The translations under genes and the position numbers were made by a program. Source: an uncultured Bacteroidales bacterium (lineage in GTDB: Bacteria; Bacteroidota; Bacteroidia; Bacteroidales; WCHB1-69). From it: DNA of 64,000 nt. Each line of letters begins with the position of its first letter. The first letter of the stretch is position 1. The stretch lies in the NCBI GenBank assembly GCA_937901925.1, contig CALGTS010000015.1:67239-131238 (forward strand), read 5' to 3'. A model generated the notes under the pieces. It was not told where the DNA came from and did no database searches. It was given only the letters and a program-made list of their open reading frames with translations. Below, piece by piece: positions 41,643 to 50,121 of this stretch.

Positions 41643-42490
41643 CGTTTTGTAATTATTTTAGCTGTGATATTTAAGGTTAACACTATTAACAAGAGGAAAA
41701 GTGAGGCGCTCCAGATTAAGCTCTGTAGGTTCGGGTCGTTGTAAAACTCCCAAATCAACAGTGACACGGAGCTGTTGGGTTGCGTCAAGTTCCATTGGAT
41801 GTAAGCGCTGCCCAAGATGGTAAGCATCAGCGGTGCGGTTTCGCCCATCACACGTGAAATAGCCAGAAGAATTCCTGTAAAGATTCCGGAAAATCCTGAC
41901 GGTAACCAAACCTTGAAAATCATTGAAGTGTAAGAAGCTCCGAGCGCCAACGCCGACTCTTTCAAACTCATCGGCAACAAATTTAACGTCTCTTCAGTAG
42001 AGCGAATGATGAGTGGCAACATCATAATGGCGAGTGCACCAGCACCAGCAATGGCGGAATAACTACCCATCGGAACAACGATCCAAAGGTAAGCAATGAT
42101 ACCAATTACAATAGAGGGCGTGCCTTGCAGCAACTCGCTAAGAAAACGAATAATGCTGGCAAAACGACGTTCTCTGTTTTCTGAAACATAGATACCGCAA
42201 AAAATTCCTATCGGGATTGCCACAATCGCCGCCAACGCTACTATTATCAACATTCCCACAATGCCGTTGGCGATACCTCCTGGAATTGGCTCTCCAATAT
42301 TTTTTGCTAACATAGCTTCCAATGTGGTAGGAGAGATTTCCGTGAAAAATGCCCAATTTATCTGCCCAATTCCATTGATGAATACTTTTCCTAAGATTGC
42401 AAACAGCGGAATAGAAGTGAGAAGAGAAAAGAATATAATGAGTGCTAAAAAAGCCTTATCCTGAAATAGTCTTATGCTGTTTCTTTTCAT
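41630..42490 (-). CDS. pstA: phosphate ABC transporter permease PstA
   Basis: 286 aa, 6 TM helices, EAA-loop-like SLKESALALGAS. Confidence 0.9.
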   Translation of the reverse strand: MKRNSIRLFQDKAFLALIIFFSLLTSIPLFAILGKVFINGIGQINWAFFTEISPTTLEAMLAKNIGEPIPGGIANGIVGMLIIVALAAIVAIPIGIFCGIYVSENRERRFASIIRFLSELLQGTPSIVIGIIAYLWIVVPMGSYSAIAGAGALAIMMLPLIIRSTEETLNLLPMSLKESALALGASYTSMIFKVWLPSGFSGIFTGILLAISRVMGETAPLMLTILGSAYIQWNLTQPNSSVSLLIWEFYNDPNLQSLIWSASLFLLLIVLTLNITAKIITKRWNR

Positions 42491-43344
42491 TATCTTTTTG
42501 ATTTTCTGATTAAAAATCTTCCTATCATATTAGTAATCATAGTGATGAAGAATAGTGCCAGCGCAATGGCAATCAGTACGGAGAGTCGAGAGTCTGACGC
42601 TTCACCAAATTGGTTAGCGATTATACTAGCCATCGTGTTACCAGTATCACCCAAACCGCGAGGAATATTATTGGTATTACCAATTAACATTGTTACCGCC
42701 ATGGTTTCTCCCAACGCACGGCCTAGCGCCAAGATGTATGAGGAGATGATTCCCGATGATACGGAAGGGAAAATCACTCGCGTTACCACTTCGCTGCGTG
42801 TTGCCCCTAAGCCGTAAGCACCCTCTTTCAGGTCGGTAGGAACCATCTTGATAAACTGGCTGCTCAACGACGCGGCGTACGGAATAATCATTATTGCTAA
42901 AATGATGGCTGCGGTAAAAACACCGAATCCCTGATCCGAAATGCCCAAGTCTGCAATAATCGGTCTTAACACGTAGAATCCCCATAAACCATAAACAATA
43001 GAAGGAATTCCCGCTAACAAATCCACCATCGTTTCCAATACGGAAGCTATTTTCTTGCCTTTGAAATATTCTCCAATGAAAAGAGCAATGGAAAGGGAGA
43101 ATGGAATGCAGATCAGAAGTGCCAACAGTGAGGAGAGCAATGTGCCCGCAATGAACGCCAGCGCACCATATTGCTCAGAACCTTCTGTGTAATCCCATTC
43201 TGCTGAGAAAAGGAAGTTGAAAAATCCGAACTGCTTGAAGGCAGGTAAAGAGCCTGTAATCAAAGAGTAAACCATTCCGATTCCTACCACTAATAGCAGC
43301 AGCGCAGTCGCAAATAGCCCAATTTTAAAAATCTTATCTTTCAT
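42490..43344 (-). CDS. pstC: phosphate ABC transporter permease PstC
   Basis: 284 aa, 6 TM helices, DLKEGAYGLGATRSEV loop. Confidence 0.9.
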   Translation of the reverse strand: MKDKIFKIGLFATALLLLVVGIGMVYSLITGSLPAFKQFGFFNFLFSAEWDYTEGSEQYGALAFIAGTLLSSLLALLICIPFSLSIALFIGEYFKGKKIASVLETMVDLLAGIPSIVYGLWGFYVLRPIIADLGISDQGFGVFTAAIILAIMIIPYAASLSSQFIKMVPTDLKEGAYGLGATRSEVVTRVIFPSVSSGIISSYILALGRALGETMAVTMLIGNTNNIPRGLGDTGNTMASIIANQFGEASDSRLSVLIAIALALFFITMITNMIGRFLIRKSKR

Positions 43345-43379
43345 CTTTTCTTCTTAATACTCTTTTCCAGCTTAGCCAA

Positions 43380-44435
43380 TTATTTTGTGCTTTCACTAAC
43401 ACTATACTGAATGTTATCTATATTTTTGAATGCTTGGGTTTGAACCGCTTTCGGAAGTGGAGCATAATGAATCTGTTCTGAAATTTTTTGCATATCATCA
43501 GAGATTATAAATCGGAGCATTTCTTTTATGCCTTCTGCTTCCATTTGAGTGCGTTTACCATTATTCAAATCTTTTTTCACGATAATCCAAGTGAATAAAC
43601 TGATGGGATAAGCATCTGGTATTTCGGAATTGGTAATCATACAGCGCATATCTTCAGGTATTTCCCCTTGTGCGGCTGCTGAAATGCTGGCTGCTGACGG
43701 CTTGACAAACTTACCACTTTGATTCTGCAAGTTGGCATAGGTGAGTTGCTGTGCAAACGCATATTCTGAGCCGATATAGCCGATAGTTCCTTCCGTTTGA
43801 CTGAGTACGCCTGCAATACCCGTATTTCCCTTTGCAGCAATACCCGTCGGGAAAGAGACCGCCTTGCCAAAACCGAACCTATTTTTCCAATCTTCACTCA
43901 CTTTGCTGAGATAATCTGTGAAGACAAAGGTGGTACCACTGCCATCAGAACGATAAACGGGAGAGATTTTTTTGTGCGGAAGTGCTACACCCTCATTTAT
44001 AACTTGTATTTGCTCGTCATCCCAATAGGAGATTTCACCAGCAAAAATCTGCGCTACCAACTCACCCGTCAGATTCAACTCCTGAATTCCTGGCAGATTG
44101 TAAGCAACTACTACAGCTCCCATGCAAGTAGGAATATGGAATACATCACCAATCTCAGCCATCTCTTCGTCAGAAAGGTAAGCGTCGCTGCCTGCAAAAT
44201 CCACAACACCTTCTTTCAAACTATTGATTCCTCCACCACTGCCGATACCTCCATAAGTTACTTTGTTATGCGTTTCATCGTAAAATTTTTTGAATACTAT
44301 AGAGTAGAAAGGTTGCGGAAATGTAGCTCCAGCTCCAGTAATGTTTACTGAAGAAGTGTTGTTCTTACAACTTACTGCTAATAAAGAAATTATAGTAGCA
44401 ATAATCATTAGTTTTCCTTTTTTAATCTTTTTCAT
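43380..44435 (-). CDS. pstS: phosphate ABC transporter substrate-binding lipoprotein PstS
   Basis: 351 aa. Lipobox LLAVSC. Contains GAGATFP and GSG.G motifs. Confidence 0.9.
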   Translation of the reverse strand: MKKIKKGKLMIIATIISLLAVSCKNNTSSVNITGAGATFPQPFYSIVFKKFYDETHNKVTYGGIGSGGGINSLKEGVVDFAGSDAYLSDEEMAEIGDVFHIPTCMGAVVVAYNLPGIQELNLTGELVAQIFAGEISYWDDEQIQVINEGVALPHKKISPVYRSDGSGTTFVFTDYLSKVSEDWKNRFGFGKAVSFPTGIAAKGNTGIAGVLSQTEGTIGYIGSEYAFAQQLTYANLQNQSGKFVKPSAASISAAAQGEIPEDMRCMITNSEIPDAYPISLFTWIIVKKDLNNGKRTQMEAEGIKEMLRFIISDDMQKISEQIHYAPLPKAVQTQAFKNIDNIQYSVSESTK

Positions 44436-44487
44436 TTTTTCTTTTTTTTAGTTGTGCAAAAAAAGCTTTATTAAATTACATTAAAGT

Positions 44488-44513
44488 TGTCTTTCTGTTA
44501 CGTTTTTGTTACA
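44488..44513 (-). promoter_or_regulatory. Pho-box-like tandem heptamers upstream of pstS
   Basis: Minus strand reads TGTAACA-AAAA-CGTAACA-GAAA-GACAAC (7+4+7+4 spacing). Confidence 0.55.
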
Positions 44514-45498
44514 ATTTTACCTCGATATTTAAATAACCTAAGAGGGTGATTTCGGAGACGCCCGCGCGCGGAACCGCCGCTCTGAAGTTTGGCGAAATTT
44601 TAAAGTGCGAATTTGGCGAGTATTGGAAACCTATCAATGCCGCCATCTCATCCTTGCTTTGGTCTTGTCGGCGTTGCGAAAGCAGTAGATCGTAACGGGC
44701 GAAAAGTTCAAATTTCTTGGGCAGTTTCAAAGTGACAAATGCCGATACACCTTGCATATTTTTCCCAAACTCCCCTTTTGCGTTCCATATCGTAGCGTAT
44801 TCTGCTCCAACACCTACTTTTTTCCCTTTGTAACCCACAAAGAGAGTGAGATTTTCCTGTCCTGTCAGCGTGGAATCTTGGTCGTGGTACGAACCATAAA
44901 CACGAAGAGTGAGTGAAGAGATGGGATTGAAGGTCACTCCCAAACCATACAAGAAGTACGGGTCCATTTTCAAATTTTTATATCCGTCGCCATTAACAAA
45001 GGTAAAATCCGCCTTTACCCAAGATGCAAATTTATATTGTGCCACCAATCCCAAGTCGGCGCTGGAACCAAATTTATATTGGTCTTGAAACGATTTGTAC
45101 AAGTAGCGATGTCCCCACGCTTTTTCTTGAACCGAAAACTGTTCCATTCCCGTGAGCCCTGCGTGAAGAGTGAAATTCCCTTTATGCCAAGTAATACACG
45201 CATTTTTTAAATAAGCAAGTTTCGTAAGGTCAAAAACTTCCGACGATTTACCCACATCCAAAACCACTTTTGCCGATAATCCTTCGGTGAACTGATATTG
45301 ATAACCTAAGTAGGCGCGCTCAATGCTGAATCCTGTGTTTTTGGTATCAGTAAACTCAGAATGAAAATCACCAAAAAGAGTTAAAATCATTTTCCCTTTG
45401 GGTTTGAAAACGTTGGCTGTGCTGTCTTTTTGCGCCCAAAGTACAGGCTTTGCCAAGATAAATAATACACTTAAAATTAATAGAGTAATCTTTTTCAT
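44509..45498 (-). CDS. putative porin (phosphate-regulated by context)
   Basis: Start taken at MKKITLLILSVLF (signal peptide). Beta-barrel-like alternating sequence. It has its own Pho-box promoter copy. Confidence 0.6.
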   Translation of the reverse strand: MKKITLLILSVLFILAKPVLWAQKDSTANVFKPKGKMILTLFGDFHSEFTDTKNTGFSIERAYLGYQYQFTEGLSAKVVLDVGKSSEVFDLTKLAYLKNACITWHKGNFTLHAGLTGMEQFSVQEKAWGHRYLYKSFQDQYKFGSSADLGLVAQYKFASWVKADFTFVNGDGYKNLKMDPYFLYGLGVTFNPISSLTLRVYGSYHDQDSTLTGQENLTLFVGYKGKKVGVGAEYATIWNAKGEFGKNMQGVSAFVTLKLPKKFELFARYDLLLSQRRQDQSKDEMAALIGFQYSPNSHFKISPNFRAAVPRAGVSEITLLGYLNIEVKL

Positions 45499-45550
45499 TT
45501 TTTCTTTTTTTTTGTTGTGCAAAAAAAGCTTTATTAAATTACATTAAAGT

Positions 45551-45576
45551 CGTCTTTCTGTTACACTTTTGTTACA
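45551..45576 (-). promoter_or_regulatory. Pho-box-like tandem heptamers upstream of the porin gene
   Basis: Minus strand reads TGTAACA-AAAG-TGTAACA-GAAA-GACGAC. Confidence 0.55.
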
Positions 45577-45675
45577 TTTTTTGAAGGATTACACGACAGA
45601 ATTTTTCTCAAAAACCATAAAAAAAAGCACCCCGACAAAGCAGGGTGCTTGGCGCAATTCAAATTTATCACTCTT

Positions 45676-46395
45676 TTACTTGTTTTCTTTTGAAAATCCC
45701 AGTTTCTTTTCAACCTCCTCTTTAGAGAGTTGTTTGGTGCAGAAGAACCAATCGTAGCAATGAAAATCGCCCTCTTTGCCTTCCATACGGTTCTTTGCTA
45801 CTCCGCATGAACCTGCGGTCGGAACAATCACTTCGTCTCCAGGTCTCCAGTCTGCTGGAAGCGCTACGCCGAAGTTGTCGGCTGTCTGCAAACCTATCAG
45901 CACGCGCTTGATTTCATCAAAGTTGCGACCCAAAGCCAACGGATAGTACATAATGGTACGAATTTTATCGTTCGGGTCGATGAAAAATACCGCTCTTACA
46001 GCTGAAGTGTCGCTGTCGCCTGGATGTATCATTCCGTATAAACTTGCTACTTCCATCTTTACATCATCGATAAGCGGAAACATAATCTCGATATTTTTCA
46101 TTCCTTTCCAATCAATCTTCTCTTTGATAGTGCGCAACCACGCAATGTGACTGTACAATCCATCAATCGATACGCCAACTAATTGACAGTTAAGTTTTTC
46201 GAAATCTTCCGCCATACTGCCAAAAGTCATAAATTCAGAGGTACATACTGGCGTAAAATCTGCTGGGTGACTGAATAATATTTTCCACTTTCCTTTGTAA
46301 TCTGCTGGGAAATTGATAATACCTTGTGTAGTTTTTGCTTGAAATTCTGGAGCTTTATCGCCAATTCTTGGCATTGCTTTTACTTGATTTTCCAT
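45676..46395 (-). CDS. peroxiredoxin (Prx6/1-Cys-like)
   Basis: 239 aa. Motif HPADFTPVCTSE. An alternative start is MPRIGDK at 46374. Confidence 0.9.
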   Translation of the reverse strand: MENQVKAMPRIGDKAPEFQAKTTQGIINFPADYKGKWKILFSHPADFTPVCTSEFMTFGSMAEDFEKLNCQLVGVSIDGLYSHIAWLRTIKEKIDWKGMKNIEIMFPLIDDVKMEVASLYGMIHPGDSDTSAVRAVFFIDPNDKIRTIMYYPLALGRNFDEIKRVLIGLQTADNFGVALPADWRPGDEVIVPTAGSCGVAKNRMEGKEGDFHCYDWFFCTKQLSKEEVEKKLGFSKENK

Positions 46396-46458
46396 AATCT
46401 TAAATTTTAATTGGTTTATATTTTGTTTTATTGAGTTCTTAAATAACCCTTGTATTCT

Positions 46459-46818
46459 CTATTTGTTTATTAGTAAAACTTGATTGATGATTTTTTCTAT
46501 CTCTTCTTTAGGAAGCGCTCCTTGCGTCATTGTGGGCATTCCTTCCATCGGAATAAAAATCATTGTCGGAATGCTTACGATACCAAACATCGCTGCTAAC
46601 TGTTGCTCCTGCTCTGTATCTACTTTATAAATGTACAAATCTCCATCGTATTTCTGCGCCAATTGCTCCAATGTGGGCGCTAAAGAGCGACAGGGTCCGC
46701 ACCACGAAGCATAAAAGTCGATGATGGCGGGTTTGTCTCCTTTATATTTAAATTCATTACTATCTAAATCTGTAATCTTATTTTTGAAATCTTGTAGCGT
46801 TATTTGTATTGTTTTCAT
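46459..46818 (-). CDS. trx: thioredoxin
   Basis: WCGPC active site. I prefer the start at MKTIQITL over the upstream ATG at 46881. Confidence 0.88.
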   Translation of the reverse strand: MKTIQITLQDFKNKITDLDSNEFKYKGDKPAIIDFYASWCGPCRSLAPTLEQLAQKYDGDLYIYKVDTEQEQQLAAMFGIVSIPTMIFIPMEGMPTMTQGALPKEEIEKIINQVLLINK

Positions 46819-46903
46819 CTCTTCTATTTTTTTGTTCTTGTTATCTCTTTTTTTCTGTCGCAAAAATATAGCAAAAAACAATATCTATTTGATAGAATTT
46901 ATA

Positions 46904-46911
46904 TATCTTTG
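46904..46911 (+). promoter_or_regulatory. -7 promoter box (TATCTTTG) upstream of oxyR
   Basis: TAnnTTTG about 25 nt before the ATG. Confidence 0.5.
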
Positions 46912-46934
46912 CATCGATAAAAACGATTGAGATT

Positions 46935-47861
46935 ATGACTTTACAACAGATGGAATATATTGTAGCGGTGGACCGTTACCGTCACTTTATCAAAGCAGCG
47001 GAAGCGTGTGGTGTTACGCAATCTACGCTCAGCACACTAATACAGAAACTTGAGCAGGAGTTAGATATTCAGATTTTCGATAGGAAAGCGCATCCGATTG
47101 TGCCGACGCCGATGGGTGAGAAGGTGATTGCGCAGGCGAAGGTGTTGCTTTACAACGCATCGCAGTTGCAAGAAATGGTACATTCGGAGCGCGCAACTGA
47201 AGAGGGCATATTGAATGTTGGCATAATTTCTACGGTGGCGCCATATATTCTTCCAAAGATGGTGAAGAAAATGCACGAATCGTTTCCCAAAATAAAACTT
47301 CATGTTTTGGAAGCCCGAATCAATACATTGGTTCAGAAATTGGAGATGGCAGAGTTAGATATGGTATTGATTTCCAATGCTCCACAATCGGAAAATTTGT
47401 TGGAAATTCCTATTTACAAGGAGCCATTTGTAGCTTATCTTTCTCCTGATGAGGAGATCTATTCGCAGGAGGAAATCACGTTGAAAAAACTTCCGATGGA
47501 TCACATTTGGGTGTTGCGGGAGGATATGTGCTTCGGGAAACAGGTGTTGAATGTATGCGGAATGCGGCCCGGAAATGCAGCCATTTATGAGGCAGGAAGC
47601 ATTGACACCTTAGTGAGAATTGTAGATGAAAATGGCGGCTTTACTATTATTCCTGAGTTTCATTTAAACCTATTGCGGGAAGAACAGAAGCGAAATGTGC
47701 GAAAATTTATGACTCCGGAGCCGATGCGGGAGGTTTCGCTTTTAATTCGAAAAGATTACGTAAAAGAACGAATGCTTAATATTGTGGCACAAATGGTTCA
47801 AGAGATTGTGCCTGAAGAATATATCGACCCCAGAATCAAAAAATTTGGAATAAGGATATAA
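46935..47861 (+). CDS. oxyR: LysR-family redox regulator (OxyR-like)
   Basis: 308 aa. N-terminal HTH (AAEACGVTQSTLSTLIQKLE). Divergent from trx/prx. Confidence 0.8.
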   Translation: MTLQQMEYIVAVDRYRHFIKAAEACGVTQSTLSTLIQKLEQELDIQIFDRKAHPIVPTPMGEKVIAQAKVLLYNASQLQEMVHSERATEEGILNVGIISTVAPYILPKMVKKMHESFPKIKLHVLEARINTLVQKLEMAELDMVLISNAPQSENLLEIPIYKEPFVAYLSPDEEIYSQEEITLKKLPMDHIWVLREDMCFGKQVLNVCGMRPGNAAIYEAGSIDTLVRIVDENGGFTIIPEFHLNLLREEQKRNVRKFMTPEPMREVSLLIRKDYVKERMLNIVAQMVQEIVPEEYIDPRIKKFGIRI

Positions 47862-48088
47862 TGGTCACATCTAATCATTTCTAATTGAAAAATGGGATAA
47901 AAACGTACTCAAATGTTCAATCCTAAATCTTTAGCTTGAATGTTTGTTTTTTGATATTTATTTTAATTTACTATAATTCAAATAATTATTTGTAGATCTG
48001 CAGAAAATTAATGGTGGAATGAAACAGAAAAAGCCGATATAAAAAACATTAAGATCAACAAAATTAATGATTTATCAAAAATAATTAG

Positions 48089-48096
48089 TAACTTTG
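48089..48096 (+). promoter_or_regulatory. -7 promoter box (TAACTTTG)
   Basis: TAnnTTTG upstream of the small-gene cluster. Confidence 0.45.
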
Positions 48097-48193
48097 CAGC
48101 GTCAATTTTTCAGATTTTGTCTAACGGACATTCGCAAGGTCTGGAATGTTGGCCAAAAAGAATAAAAATAGAAGTCCCCATAAATATCTCGCT

Positions 48194-48547
48194 ATGAAGA
48201 TATTGTTACTCCTCCCTATTTTCTTGTTTTTATTTTTCGGATGCTCTCATCACCAAGATTTTGAACAACAAGAGGAAAAAAGTATTTACGAAAAAACTAT
48301 TGGAGTTTCAAATGGATTTTGTTTTTTTTCAAAAGAACAGAAGCCACGTGAAGCATATACGAATAATGAAGGAGAATCTCGCTTCGAACGCCAAATACTC
48401 AACTGTTTGTCGTACCAAATTGATGGTCATTTAGAAACAATTGCAGGGACAATTCTCTACATTTCGAGTATGCCACAAAGTTTTTTCGGTGACCTAATTA
48501 CTTGTGGAAATGAAATTTACGATGGAATGTGGAATCACGTAAATTAA
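48194..48547 (+). CDS. hypothetical small lipoprotein
   Basis: MKILLLLPIFLFLFFGC lipobox. The upstream ATG at 48146 is less likely. Confidence 0.55.
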   Translation: MKILLLLPIFLFLFFGCSHHQDFEQQEEKSIYEKTIGVSNGFCFFSKEQKPREAYTNNEGESRFERQILNCLSYQIDGHLETIAGTILYISSMPQSFFGDLITCGNEIYDGMWNHVN

Positions 48548-48553
48548 TCAACT

Positions 48554-48766
48554 ATGAATATGTTTTTATTGCGTTTTATGATAGTCTTTTCCATCTTATG
48601 GGCGCTTATTTCGCTTGTGGTTTTGGTTTGGTCGGTAGTGGCAATGGTAAAAGAGAAACGAGATATCGGAGAGATTATCTTTTGGGTATTTTTAGTTTTT
48701 GTTACTTGTGCGATTGCAATTCCATTTATGCCTGTTAATCAGTTAAAAAAGGAGGAATATGTTTAA
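48554..48766 (+). CDS. hypothetical 2-TM small membrane protein (70 aa)
   Basis: Two hydrophobic helices separated by KEKRDIGE. Confidence 0.5.
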   Translation: MNMFLLRFMIVFSILWALISLVVLVWSVVAMVKEKRDIGEIIFWVFLVFVTCAIAIPFMPVNQLKKEEYV

Positions 48767-48947
48767 ATTTATCTTTCTCATTTACATATTTCCTGTATTA
48801 GCATTTTATATCTATCTAACTATTTTATTAGCACAAAAAAGGATAGAAATTAGAACTTTCTTCTGCTGGTTAGCAGCAGGAGCCTTTCACATTGGAATCC
48901 TTCTCTTTTTCATATTTAAAAAGAGATTTGTAAAATCTATAAATTAG
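48759..48947 (+). CDS. hypothetical 2-TM small membrane protein (62 aa)
   Basis: Overlaps the previous ORF by 8 nt. Two hydrophobic helices. Confidence 0.45.
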   Translation: MFKFIFLIYIFPVLAFYIYLTILLAQKRIEIRTFFCWLAAGAFHIGILLFFIFKKRFVKSIN

Positions 48948-49014
48948 AATATCTGCAACTTTTAGTAAAGTACAACTCTATAAGAGATAACTCTATAATC
49001 TAATTTACACAGAT

Positions 49015-50103
49015 CTAGACCTTTTCTTTACTTACTGCCATCACTTGAGAAGCTGCCTGATAAGGTGTAATTTTCTCCTCCTTTATCATCAACTCCATTT
49101 CTTCTATTTTCTGTTCTACCGCTTTATCCGAGTAGAAAGAATCCTTCAAACTATAATCCATCCAATCGTAAAAAATCTTTATCAGTTGTTCAGTTCTCTG
49201 TTTGTGGAAAAATCCATTTTCTTGGGTATGATTTACAAATTCCTCTACCATTTTCCAAACCTGCTCAATATTAGTCTTTTCCGTAGAGGAGCAAACTCCC
49301 ACAGGCACAGTCCACTGACTTTCGAGCGGCGGAAATAGTTTCAGCGCGGAGCGATAAAGAGCGGTAGCGGCAACGGCTTTGGTATAATTATCACCATCGG
49401 CTTTTGTAATTACAATAGCGTCCGCCATCTCCATAATACCGCGTTTAATTCCCTGCAACTCATCGCCAGCACCTGCCAACTGCAGCAGCAGGAAGAAATC
49501 AACCATCGATTTTACCACCGTTTCTGATTGTCCGACGCCCACCGTTTCCACGAAAATAACATTAAATCCGGCAGCTTCGCACAAAACAATCGTTTCACGG
49601 GTTTTCCTGGCCACACCTCCCAATGTAGAACCAGAGGGTGAAGGGCGAATATAAGCATTTTTATCTACCGAGAGTTCCTCCATGCGGGTTTTATCGCCCA
49701 AAATACTACCTTTTGAGCGCTCGCTGCTGGGGTCGATAGCCAAAACTGCCAATTTCAAACCTAAACCTGTAAGATATTTGCCAATTGCTTCAATAAAAGT
49801 ACTTTTCCCTACGCCAGGAACGCCAGTAATACCCACGCGCACCGATTTTCCTGCGTAAGGAAGGCATTTTTCTATCACCTCCTGTGCCAACTGAAAATGG
49901 GTCGGATTCACACTTTCAATCAAGGTAATGGCTTGACTTAAAATCACACGATTTCCCTCCAAAATCCCTTGCACATAGTAATCGGCAGGTTGCAGAGTAC
50001 GTGCTCTTTTTTTTCTTAAATGCAAATAGGGTGAAACTTGTTCGGGTTGTTCAATACCCTCCTGCACATTCAATGCTGATTCAAAATGATCAAATTCAGA
50101 CAT
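49015..50103 (-). CDS. meaB: methylmalonyl-CoA mutase-associated GTPase MeaB/ArgK
   Basis: 362 aa. Contains GVPGVGKST, ETVGVGQSE and TKADG motifs. Confidence 0.92.
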   Translation of the reverse strand: MSEFDHFESALNVQEGIEQPEQVSPYLHLRKKRARTLQPADYYVQGILEGNRVILSQAITLIESVNPTHFQLAQEVIEKCLPYAGKSVRVGITGVPGVGKSTFIEAIGKYLTGLGLKLAVLAIDPSSERSKGSILGDKTRMEELSVDKNAYIRPSPSGSTLGGVARKTRETIVLCEAAGFNVIFVETVGVGQSETVVKSMVDFFLLLQLAGAGDELQGIKRGIMEMADAIVITKADGDNYTKAVAATALYRSALKLFPPLESQWTVPVGVCSSTEKTNIEQVWKMVEEFVNHTQENGFFHKQRTEQLIKIFYDWMDYSLKDSFYSDKAVEQKIEEMELMIKEEKITPYQAASQVMAVSKEKV

Positions 50104-50121
50104 CTTTATAGTTTTTTTAAA

